Source of the DNA: Ferroglobus placidus DSM 10642
Lineage (GTDB): Archaea; Halobacteriota; Archaeoglobi; Archaeoglobales; Archaeoglobaceae
NCBI RefSeq assembly: GCF_000025505.1
Contig: NC_013849.1
Span: forward strand, 570,001-602,000
Length of the DNA: 32,000 nt
Direction: 5' to 3'
Shown here: positions 1-8,600 of the stretch, piece after piece
How positions within the stretch are numbered: position 1 is the first letter of the stretch
Layout: every line of letters begins with the position of its first letter
The notes under the pieces: generated by a model
Databases searched by the model: none
The model's input: the letters and a program-made list of their open reading frames with translations, nothing else
What the model was told of the DNA's origin: nothing
Made by a program: the position numbers and the translations under genes

Positions 1-944
1 AGGGGTTTATAGTTCTCTCGAAAAATAACTATGTTCTCGGAAGTGGGGGCGTTTCGAACGAAAAGCAGGGAAATCCAAGTTTTCCGACCGGTGAATACGA
101 TATGAACAGAGATAATGCGGCTAAAATGATTACCAATATCTTAGCCTACACTTGGCAAAAGGTGAATGGAAAAGGAGATATCGACGTTGCACTCTACATA
201 AAAAGCGACGATAGAGCTGAGAAAGTTTTGCCAGAGTTATTAGAGTACATTAGCAAGATCAGTGGTGCACCGATAAAATATAAAGGGGTAGTAAGTAAAG
301 ACGAGCTTGAAGATGTTGATGTACTCTTTTACGTTTCTCCTCATCCCGATTTGAGTGATTTGGAAGAGTTTGTAAAAAAAGGTGGAATTCTCATCGTTGA
401 TGTATCTACTTACTGGCTACAAATATCGTATCCCTATGACTTTAGAGAAGTCGAGGACTTGTATAGGAGCTTTTTCGATTTTAGCAGTTTAAACAAAACT
501 GTTTTTATAAAATTAGTTACCGAACTCAAGCTACCCCCTGAGTTAAAGTATGAGAATTTAACGCTGAGCGATTTCCTCGTTAATGTTGGAGAAGAAGTAA
601 AGATTTCGTTTGACGTGAAAAATGTAGGAGGACCCGGGAAAGTTCCGATTTCGGTTTTTGTGAACGATGAGGAGGTATACAACGAAACAGTGGAATTTTT
701 CCCGAATGAGCAAAAGCACATAGAACTCACTTACGTTCCGCAGAAAGAGGGAGCATACAAAGTTACGGTTGACGGTATTTCGAAAGTCTTCTTTGCAAAA
801 GAAATTAAGAAAGAAAACGTTACGGCAAAAGAGAAGGCAACTCCGAAACCTGAAATGAAAAGAAGGGAAAATGCAGCACTTGTAGTAGCACTGGTTGGAA
901 TTTTAGCAGTTTTAATCGCAATAAGATTGTATTTGAGAAAATGA
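1..944 (+). CDS. Partial (5'-truncated) membrane-anchored surface protein with CARDB-like domain and C-terminal TM helix; the frame stays open upstream of the tracked ATG at 102
   Basis: ORF 102..944; the same frame reads GFIVLSKNNYVLGSGGVSNEKQGNPSFPTGEYDMNRDNAAK from base 3 without a stop. 'VNVGEEVKISFDVKNVGGPGKVPISVFVNDEEV...HIELTYVPQKEGAYKVTVDG' is CARDB-like; C-terminal AALVVALVGILAVLIAIRLYLRK is a TM helix with basic tail. Confidence 0.75.
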   Translation, partial: GFIVLSKNNYVLGSGGVSNEKQGNPSFPTGEYDMNRDNAAKMITNILAYTWQKVNGKGDIDVALYIKSDDRAEKVLPELLEYISKISGAPIKYKGVVSKDELEDVDVLFYVSPHPDLSDLEEFVKKGGILIVDVSTYWLQISYPYDFREVEDLYRSFFDFSSLNKTVFIKLVTELKLPPELKYENLTLSDFLVNVGEEVKISFDVKNVGGPGKVPISVFVNDEEVYNETVEFFPNEQKHIELTYVPQKEGAYKVTVDGISKVFFAKEIKKENVTAKEKATPKPEMKRRENAALVVALVGILAVLIAIRLYLRK

Positions 945-1188
945 CGCTCTCCGATTACGAGATACTCGTCTTAAAAAAGTTAAAAAAGGGAAAAGTGTTG
1001 GGGAGATTGCTAAGGAGCTTGGTTTGCCTGAGCCGATAGTAAGAATAGCGATAGAGAGAGTAAAAAATAAAGAGCTGCCAAAAAAAAGAATAGAATTGAC
1101 GAAAAGTGCCATATTTTTACTTATCGATGCGATAATTCTTTATGTTTTATTGAAGATATTAATAGAGGTGGCAAAATGGTTCCTTTAA
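941..1188 (+). CDS. Small winged-HTH-like protein with C-terminal TM helix, readable only with a -1 frame change (at ~973-988)
   Basis: Frame 0 from ATG 941 gives MTLSDYEILVLKKLKK... and stops at TAG 1037-1039. The -1 frame from 988 continues GKSVGEIAKELGLPEPIVRIAIERVKNKELPKKRIELTKSAIFLLIDAIILYVLLKILIEVAKWFL* to 1188. ATGA overlap with the upstream gene and overlap with the downstream signal peptidase start (1176). Confidence 0.6.
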
Positions 1189-1853
1189 TAGAGGTACTCG
1201 TAGCCATCCTTGGAGTTTCGTTAGTTCTCCTCTACAACTATAAGGAGGATTTGGTGCTGGTGTTAAGGTTTTCAAGAATCAGGAGTAAGGTAAAAGATGT
1301 TATCAGAGAAAAACCATCTGTGAGAAAAAAGATTGTTATTGCGGCGATTGAACTCTCTGTTTTTGTGTTCTTAATTTATCTTGTGTTGACAATGAAAATC
1401 TTTTGGACGGTCGTCGTGTCTAACAGCATGTATCCGACTTTCGAGAGAGGAGACATGGTCCTCGTTCAAACAATATTTGTCGAGCCTGAAAAGGGAGATA
1501 TCGTTATGTTCGTTAGAGAGGATGTGAATTTGCCAGTGACTCACAGGGTCTTAGATGTTAAGGATGGGCTCGTTTATACAGGAGGTGACGCGTCCGGTCC
1601 GGATTCGACGCCGGTACCTAAAGACAAGATCATTGGTGAAGTTGTGACGATTTTCGGAAAACCTGTAGTCGTTAAGGGTGTCGGAAACTATTTTATTTTA
1701 GATGCTAAAGAACTGAGAGACATCACGCCCTTTGGCGAGGAGTATCTCTTCTATAAGAGTTTGGTTGAAGTTTTTAGAACCTATGCTCTGGCAATAATTG
1801 TTATAGCGATTGCGGCTTATCTCTACTTGAGTTTTAGAGAAATTACTTTTTAA
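1176..1853 (+). CDS. Signal peptidase I, archaeal/Sec11-like
   Basis: Motifs VVVSNSMYPTFERGDMVLVQ, GDIVMFVREDVNLPVTHRVLDV, GGDASGPDSTPVPKDKIIGEVV; flanking TM segments. Confidence 0.9.
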   Translation: MVPLIEVLVAILGVSLVLLYNYKEDLVLVLRFSRIRSKVKDVIREKPSVRKKIVIAAIELSVFVFLIYLVLTMKIFWTVVVSNSMYPTFERGDMVLVQTIFVEPEKGDIVMFVREDVNLPVTHRVLDVKDGLVYTGGDASGPDSTPVPKDKIIGEVVTIFGKPVVVKGVGNYFILDAKELRDITPFGEEYLFYKSLVEVFRTYALAIIVIAIAAYLYLSFREITF

Positions 1854-2619
1854 TATTTTTTAAATTGGTTATCCCGTTTTTCAAAGATTCAGTTAGAGAG
1901 TTGTTCGCGTTTCCTCCTACAAGCTTCTTTGCCAGATTATAGTAGTAGTATGCGTAAAAGGCGGATGCTAAAAACATCACGCCCTGTGCAGCAGCAACTC
2001 CTAAGGCTATCCTAAGAAGAATGTATAGTGAGGGGGCTATTAAAACTGGTGCAGCTAACATGACTAAAGCCTCACTTTTGTGGAAAATGTTATATTCGTA
2101 AGTAATAAACAACCACCAGTATAAAAACAAAAGTATAGATATTAGATACAAGTACGGAAGGGTATACTGAGTCATGAAAACAAACGTCCCTAAATAAAAG
2201 AGCATGACTATTAACGCTTTGAAATAAAAGTTTATTTTTTGCTCTGGCGTGAGCTTTTGTGTAGTTGCGAGTTCTTCAACTATCGACACTTTCTTTTCGA
2301 CATCTTCAAGCTTCTTTTTCAGGGCATTAATTTCGATAATTCCCAGAGCGACCTCGTCCATTACAGGTTTAATTTTCGAGTAAACGACTTCATCGAAAGC
2401 TTTTTCGGCTGCAACTTTGTATCCCACGAGCTTTTTTCTAAGGTTGAGACTTCCGCCAACTATAATCGAAGACAGAATTAACAGGGTTAAATCTATTAGA
2501 ATGTTCAATGCAGGTTTCCCGGCTGAGTAATCAATGTAAAAAGAGTAAAGTGATGCTACAAAGAGCAATACGCCTACGATAACAGCGCTTAAGGTCGAGA
2601 TATTTTCGAGGGTATTCAT
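1843..2619 (-). CDS. Multi-pass membrane protein with central coiled-coil-like segment, unknown function
   Basis: 258-aa ORF, hydrophobic helices at both halves flanking 'INALKKKLEDVEKKVSIVEELATTQKLT'. Confidence 0.7.
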   Translation of the reverse strand: MNTLENISTLSAVIVGVLLFVASLYSFYIDYSAGKPALNILIDLTLLILSSIIVGGSLNLRKKLVGYKVAAEKAFDEVVYSKIKPVMDEVALGIIEINALKKKLEDVEKKVSIVEELATTQKLTPEQKINFYFKALIVMLFYLGTFVFMTQYTLPYLYLISILLFLYWWLFITYEYNIFHKSEALVMLAAPVLIAPSLYILLRIALGVAAAQGVMFLASAFYAYYYYNLAKKLVGGNANNSLTESLKNGITNLKNIKK

Positions 2620-2682
2620 TGTGATTATTTTAATTTTGTTGGAATTTAAATTTTTTCGAGTTTCAAAAGTGAAATATTCAAT

Positions 2683-2691
2683 TTGTCTTCG
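2683..2691. repeat. Left copy of 9-bp target-site duplication TTGTCTTCG
   Basis: Exact match to 3906-3914, immediately flanking the IS ends. Confidence 0.8.
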
Positions 2692-2706
2692 GACTTTGGG
2701 ACAAAA

Positions 2707-3675
2707 TTACCTCATCACCCTCACAGCAAATATGTTGTGCCAAAGCCCGACAGCAAACAAAGCCATCTCTCTCCTGTCCTCCCTCCTCTGCCTTATCAAC
2801 CATCCAAATCTCCTCTTATCAGCAGAAAATCCTGCCTCACTTAAGTTCCTCTTGAAGTACCTCTTCAGAAACCTATAAGGAGCTTCAACAATCCTCTCGA
2901 TAACCCTCAACCAGTCAAATCCTATTCTGGCAAGATTTCGCTTTGGAATGACGTAGACAGCTGTCTCAGCATCAAACAGCCTCAGAGTCTTCCTACTGCT
3001 GTAATACTTATCCAGAGAAATCGAGTTTACCTTCACCCCCATGCTTTTGAGCATTCCTAAAGCCTTCTCAAAGGCATCTTTCTCAGATCTGTCAGAATAG
3101 CCAAAGCCAACGTACATTCCCGTATCGATGTCAATTATCCTGAAAACGTATCTGAAGTCTTTACCTTTCCTTTTAGGATTGCTTCTATAGTGCTTAGTGA
3201 TGGTTAGGCTGTATCCTGTCCCATCTCCTGAAAAATCTCCTGAAACTCCTTCCTCTCTAAGCAGAAGGATGAAGAGGTTGTGTAAAGCCATTCTAACTTC
3301 TTCATCCGAGTATAATCTTTCTATCGTTTTGTAGCTAACCTTTATCCCGAATAAAGGTTCAAACAGCTCTAAAAGCTCCTCAATATCTCTGTTTGATTTG
3401 TCCATCAGCCTTGCAAACAGAAAGAGCATAACTCTCTTCTCCAGATCAACTTTCTTTGGTCTTCCCACCCTCTTTTGCACGGTTATCACAGAAATAGCCT
3501 CTCTAACGTATTCAGGGAGTTTTCTCAGCCTTTCCTTAACAACTTCTCTCTTCCTCTCCCATTCTGTGTACGGATACTTTTCCTTCTCCTCCTGTCTTAT
3601 CTCCTCTGCAATTTCATCCAAAACATCCAGAAGTTCCCTTACAAACTTCCCTGTCACTCTGAATCCAAGGTTCAT
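2707..3675 (-). CDS. IS transposase (DDE-type, ISA1214-like)
   Basis: 322-aa ORF; 'GDFSGDGTGYSLTITKHYR...FRYVFRIIDIDTGMYVGFGYSDRSEKDAF...' and basic C-terminus; sits between inverted repeats. Confidence 0.85.
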   Translation of the reverse strand: MNLGFRVTGKFVRELLDVLDEIAEEIRQEEKEKYPYTEWERKREVVKERLRKLPEYVREAISVITVQKRVGRPKKVDLEKRVMLFLFARLMDKSNRDIEELLELFEPLFGIKVSYKTIERLYSDEEVRMALHNLFILLLREEGVSGDFSGDGTGYSLTITKHYRSNPKRKGKDFRYVFRIIDIDTGMYVGFGYSDRSEKDAFEKALGMLKSMGVKVNSISLDKYYSSRKTLRLFDAETAVYVIPKRNLARIGFDWLRVIERIVEAPYRFLKRYFKRNLSEAGFSADKRRFGWLIRQRREDRREMALFAVGLWHNIFAVRVMR

Positions 3676-3726
3676 GTTCTGATTCCAACCAAAAAGTATT
3701 TAAGTATTTCTATGGATATACTTAAC

Positions 3727-3885
3727 ATGAGGAGGGTTGAAGTGAAGAAGGGAGATTTTGTTCTGAAAGAGGAGGTTGAGGTTGTTTTCGAGAAGAGAGT
3801 CACGCCTTTCGGTAATTCAGCAAAGGTTGATGTGCCCAAGAGGTATATTGGGTGGAGAGCGTATGTGATTGTTGTCAGGGATTAA
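3727..3885 (+). CDS. Short transposon-encoded protein (DUF2080/AbrB-like), second ORF of the IS
   Basis: MRRVEVKKGDFVLKEEVEVVFEKRVTPFGNSAKVDVPKRYIGWRAYVIVVRD*, inside the IS. The longer tracked ORF (3475..3885) has an implausible N-terminus antisense to the transposase. Confidence 0.65.
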   Translation: MRRVEVKKGDFVLKEEVEVVFEKRVTPFGNSAKVDVPKRYIGWRAYVIVVRD

Positions 3886-3905
3886 AGGAATTTTGTCCCA
3901 AAACC

Positions 3906-3914
3906 TTGTCTTCG
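3906..3914. repeat. Right copy of 9-bp target-site duplication TTGTCTTCG
   Basis: Exact match to 2683-2691. Confidence 0.8.
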
Positions 3915-3955
3915 AAAAATTTAATATACTTAGAGAGCTAAACTTTATTGGGGTG
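3914..3955 (+). promoter_or_regulatory. Candidate BRE/TATA (CGAAAAATTTAATATA, TATA ~3920-3927) and GGGGTG ribosome-binding site (3950-3955) for the 3961 cytochrome
   Basis: TATA-like box ~34-41 nt upstream of ATG; G-rich SD 5 nt upstream of ATG. Confidence 0.5.
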
Positions 3956-3960
3956 TTTAA

Positions 3961-4707
3961 ATGAGTGTGAGCGGAAGAGTATTACTCGGGATCGTAATAC
4001 TTTTAGCTGTAGGAGTTCTTGTGTTGCCATCGACTGTATCGCTTTTCGCAGGACAGCACGACTGGTACAACATCGACAATCCGGAGAACGACATTCCGTG
4101 CCAGAAGTGTCATGCGGACGTGTTTGATGAGTTAAGTAATAGCCCGTATCACATCAACTTCAGCGGTGGGACTGCTAATCAGGCAGATGAGGCTGATTGC
4201 GGAGCATGCCATCAAGCAGCAGCTGTAGTTGGAGGTGGACTCACCCTCGCAAACGGTAGCGGCGCCTTTGGCTCACCTGGTAAAGAAGCTCATGCGGCTG
4301 CAAGCATAAGCTGTATGTGGTGCCATGGATATCCCGGTAACTTTACAGCCCCTACAGCTGGAGGTTTCGGTATCTCTGGAGACCCCGCAGATACTGGTGC
4401 CTATGCAGCCCACAGACCGTGGGTTCTTTCAGCGATGGCTGACAATCCAGCTAACAACACCGATTTGCTCACAGGACCAAACGAAGCTTGCATAGGCTGT
4501 CACACCCACGTTGCTGTGAGGATTAACTGGACTCATGCTGTAAGCCTTGAATTCAACGCCACCAACACTGGCACTGGCTGGACCACGGAGAACTACAACG
4601 CTAATGGAACAGCTGTAAGGATTGTCTGGGGTAATGCGGAGGGAACTGGTGGATTGCTGTACAACGGAACAACAACAAAGAGCTGGGGAACTGGAACTTG
4701 GCCTTAA
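3961..4707 (+). CDS. Secreted tetraheme c-type cytochrome (candidate cytochrome-filament subunit)
   Basis: N-terminal hydrophobic signal; CQKCH, CGACH, CMWCH, CIGCH; C-terminus ...WGNAEGTGGLLYNGTTTKSWGTGTWP. Confidence 0.9.
   Translation: MSVSGRVLLGIVILLAVGVLVLPSTVSLFAGQHDWYNIDNPENDIPCQKCHADVFDELSNSPYHINFSGGTANQADEADCGACHQAAAVVGGGLTLANGSGAFGSPGKEAHAAASISCMWCHGYPGNFTAPTAGGFGISGDPADTGAYAAHRPWVLSAMADNPANNTDLLTGPNEACIGCHTHVAVRINWTHAVSLEFNATNTGTGWTTENYNANGTAVRIVWGNAEGTGGLLYNGTTTKSWGTGTWP
3994..4077 (+). repeat. 84-bp repeat, copy 1 (signal peptide/first-heme region)
   Basis: GTAATACTTTTAGCTG...TACAACATCGAC also at 4841-4924. Confidence 0.85.
4588..4707 (+). repeat. 120-bp 3'-end repeat, copy 1 (C-terminal domain)
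   Basis: GAGAACTACAACGCTAATGG...GGAACTTGGCCTTAA reads identical to 5447-5566. Confidence 0.85.
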
Positions 4708-4798
4708 ATCATATAGCTTGAACGTTGCTTTATAATTTTTTTAAACAGCTTAACAAAAACAAAAATTTTTAATTTTGTTTGCATAACATTACTTTGGG

Positions 4799-5566
4799 GT
4801 GAATAATATGATGTTAACACCGCGTGTTATCCTTTCTATTGTAATACTTTTAGCTGTAGGAGTTCTTGTGTTGCCATCGACTGTATCGCTTTTCGCAGGA
4901 CAGCACGACTGGTACAACATCGACGCGCGGGGAAACGATATTCCTTGTGAGAAATGCCATGCGGACGTTTACGATGAGCTGAAGAACAATCCGTATCATG
5001 AGAACTTTACATGCGATTTATGTCACAGAGCAATCAACATTTCCTATGCAAGCGGATATAGCAATGGACCGGATATGAGCTATGAGTGGGGTGCTCATGC
5101 GGCATCTACTGTTAGCTGTCTGGTGTGTCATAGTGGACCAAACTCTGGCGAAGGTGCTATGCATGAACATCATGAAGTAGTTGCAGACTGTTCGGTTTGT
5201 CATTCACCAAGTCCTACTGACTATCCTCCAGTGGCAGGGGGATTTGGTTTGACTGGCGAAGCTAATGACACAGGAACTTACGCAGCACACAGGCAGTTCG
5301 TTTTAGATGCTAAAAACAACTCTCTCATGACCTCTGCAAATGAAGCTTGTATAGCCTGCCACACCCATGTTCCAGTAAGAATCAATTGGAGTCATGCTGT
5401 GAGCTTAGAGCTTAACGCCACTCAGATACTCAGCGAATGGACAACCGAGAACTACAACGCTAATGGAACAGCTGTAAGGATTGTCTGGGGTAATGCGGAG
5501 GGAACTGGTGGATTGCTGTACAACGGAACAACAACAAAGAGCTGGGGAACTGGAACTTGGCCTTAA
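4799..5566 (+). CDS. Secreted pentaheme c-type cytochrome, paralogue of the 3961 product
   Basis: CEKCH, CDLCH, CLVCH, CSVCH, CIACH; near-identical N-terminus and identical C-terminus to the 3961 product. Confidence 0.9.
   Translation: MNNMMLTPRVILSIVILLAVGVLVLPSTVSLFAGQHDWYNIDARGNDIPCEKCHADVYDELKNNPYHENFTCDLCHRAINISYASGYSNGPDMSYEWGAHAASTVSCLVCHSGPNSGEGAMHEHHEVVADCSVCHSPSPTDYPPVAGGFGLTGEANDTGTYAAHRQFVLDAKNNSLMTSANEACIACHTHVPVRINWSHAVSLELNATQILSEWTTENYNANGTAVRIVWGNAEGTGGLLYNGTTTKSWGTGTWP
4841..4924 (+). repeat. 84-bp repeat, copy 2
   Basis: Matches 3994-4077. Confidence 0.85.
5447..5566 (+). repeat. 120-bp 3'-end repeat, copy 2
   Basis: Identical by eye to 4588-4707, including the stop codon. 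Confidence 0.85.
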
Positions 5567-5657
5567 ACCTTCCATAATTTTATAATTATGATGACAATGA
5601 GATTTATTGCATTTATGAAAACAAATTTTATATTCTAATTGTGAGCACTTATTTTTA

Positions 5658-8600
5658 ATGAACGTGGGAAGAATTTTACTGTTGCTAACATTCGTAGCAG
5701 TTCTTGCAGCGGTTTCAGCAGCACAAGAGTACGATGGAAGCGTGGCTAAAGTTGTTATACTGAAAAACGGAGTTCCGGAGCTCTACTTTTCGAAAGGAGA
5801 CAAGGTCGAGTTCAGAGTTTACAGCTACGTGGGAGATCAGAAAGATCTCAAGCTGAAACTGTACAACTACAAGGGCGATAGATTCAAAGAAATGAGATTC
5901 TCAAAGAAAGGTGACTACTACGTCGCTTACTGGACAGCAGACAGGGAGGGATGGATTTACTACGTGATAACTTCGAGGGACAAAATCAGGAACATCTGGG
6001 GCTACATTGTTGTTGGGAACAATGATATCGGAAGCATAAAGCTTTACAAAGACGGAGTGGAGAGCGAAAGCTTCGTTCAGGGAGATTACGTTTACGTCAA
6101 AATAAAGACCACCGACAAAGACAAAGTTCGTAGAGTTCTCATAAGCAACTGGGCGGGAGATGTAAGGAGTCTGGATGGAGATGAGGTAGAGATTATTTCT
6201 TCGACCGAAAACGAGCTTTACTTCAGATTCTACCTTGGCAACTATCTAACCGAGCACCTCTATCCTGACAAGTGGGCTTCACTCAGAGTCGAAACGGACA
6301 GAGGAATAAAAGCTTCCACACCGTTCTTCTTCGGAGAAGCCGCTCCAACTCCCACTCCGACACCTACCCCTACACCGACACCCACTCCTACTCCAACGCC
6401 TACTCCCACACCGACTCCTACTCCAACGGCACAGGGAGAAGTTTTGAAACTCTCTTTCGACAGGCTTGCTGTTCTTGACGATCCGAATTCTGGCAGTGCA
6501 GCTTCGGGATTTCAGAACCCGCCTAAAAGCTGGGGCTCGGACTGGTGGTACGGGAGAGCGACAACAATTACAGCATACGCACTTGTAATGAACGGAACTC
6601 CAGTAGCAAATGCACAGGTGACGTTTAAGCTGATAGCACCTGACGGAAGCGTGAAAAAGCAGGTAACTGCATATACCGACTCAAGCGGATTGGCAAAAGC
6701 GAGTTTCGATCTAAACAATGCGAATTTCTACGGCTACTGGAAAATCGTAGCTGAAAGCGGAGCTTTAAGTGCAGAGCAAACCTTCGTTTACAACTGGTGG
6801 GGATGTGCGTGGTGTCATGGAAACGAGAAGCTGACAGACCACGGCACCTACACGCCGAAATCACCATTCGTAATGGGCTACGACTTTCACAGGAATCCGA
6901 AGAAGGGTGAGCATGTTGATCCTATAGTGGACGGCAGGTGCACGGTATGCCACCAGAGCTACGATGCAATTCCCCACGACAGCTACGCTATGCAAGGCAA
7001 AGATGCAATTAAGAACGCTCCTCCTGCCGATCAGTATCCGGCTGGTATTCACAAGGATAAGGTTCAGTGCGAAGACTGCCATGAGCAATCAACTGTTAGA
7101 TATGCCCGTCCGGAAGTTCCAGGCTGTTACGACACGTGCCATCCACTAAAGAATTTCAACCTCACGGCAATTTTCACAACCACCGGCTACTCGGTTGGAG
7201 GCTCTTACAGATCCTTCTACGCCTACGATGTTAACACGGGAGAACCTGCTAAGGCTCACACATCTCAGAAAACCGTGCCCTGCTTGAGCTGCCACAACGC
7301 AGCTCATAACAACACCAAACCTTACGTCGGAGCAGACAACAGCTACACCGAAAACGAGCAGTGCCTGAGCTGTCACGGCTACAAGCACGGAACAAGTGTA
7401 ACGAACTGTGTCGGCTGCCACGGACAGGATGCTCACCTCGTCAAAGCACCGAAGGCAGGAAACTGTATAGAGTGCCACAAAGTTGGAGGCTTCGCACCTA
7501 ACGTTGACGTTGAGGCTTTCAACATCAGCGTTCACGCAAACCTGAATGCCAATGCAGCATCTTCATCAGGCTATCCTTCGGTGGTCGGAGCATGCTGGGC
7601 GTGTCATTATAACGGAACCGAACCTCAGTCGCACGACACGGCAGCGTTTAGAAATCCGAAGAAGTGCGAAGATTGCCACCTCTCAGGAAATTACGGAGCT
7701 CCAGTTGTAGAGGAACACATCAGGTTCGGAAGGGACATAACTGTCAACACATACTGCACGGACTGTCACAGCCTTGGTGAGATGCTGAACGCCTTTAAAG
7801 ATCCAGAAGTAACCAAGAACTCTACGGTCTCCCACTATGCCAGAAAGAGGATAGATTTGAGGACGTGGGATTCGGGAATTTCAGATAACTGTTCTTACTG
7901 TCATCAGAACACGACAACAGTATTCAGTATTGTAATGAGTGATGTCTGGAGCAAAAACGTTCCGCCTCACGCGACAAACTATCCGTCTCCATCGTGCACG
8001 AACTCCACATGTCACAACTCTGGACTGATACACAGCTCAAGCTTGACGAAACCGACACTCACTGACACATACTGTCAGAACTGTCACAGCAAGCAGTTCC
8101 ACAATAATGCCATTGACTGCAGCACCTGCCACCTCGAAAATGGAATGCCGAAAAACATCCACGGAATCAAGTACCTGACTTCTTCCGGAACATTTACATC
8201 GAATCCATCGGATGCTGTGGATTGCACCTCCTGCCATCAACCCGGAAGCTCGACATCTGGAATTCTGAACGCTCCTGTCATTCCAGATCCGCTAAAGCAC
8301 TCCTCAGACAGCAGCGGTCAGAAGTGGGGCAGTTACTGGATGACAGAACTTGAATCCTGCTACTACTGTCACGGTGATACGAAACACGAAGCAAAGGCTC
8401 TTGGAAACGTTTCAAACCTGACTCTCGATCCAGCGAATGTGATGAACTCGTCAAGCCTTACGACAAGGTGGTGTTACGGCTGCCATGTTGCGGGCTATCA
8501 GTATTACATGGGAACGTCATTGAACCCGCAACCTCCTGCAATCGACGTTAACAATCTCGGAAGCGCCAACTGGCTGAACCATTCAAGCTTCGTATCGGCT

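Larger units (their letters stand above)
2692..3905. mobile_element. Complete insertion sequence, 1214 bp, ISA1214-like (ISNCY-type call from memory of Archaeoglobus IS elements)
   Basis: Terminal inverted repeats TTTGGGACAAAATT (2695-2708) / AATTTTGTCCCAAA (3889-3902). Flanking 9-bp direct repeat TTGTCTTCG at 2683-2691 and 3906-3914. Encloses a transposase and a short second ORF. Confidence 0.85.

Noticed and set aside
3475-3885. 136-aa plus-strand ORF overlapping the transposase
   Set aside because: Its N-terminal half is antisense to the transposase and looks like noise; only the 3727..3885 portion (52 aa, internal ATG) is a credible gene.
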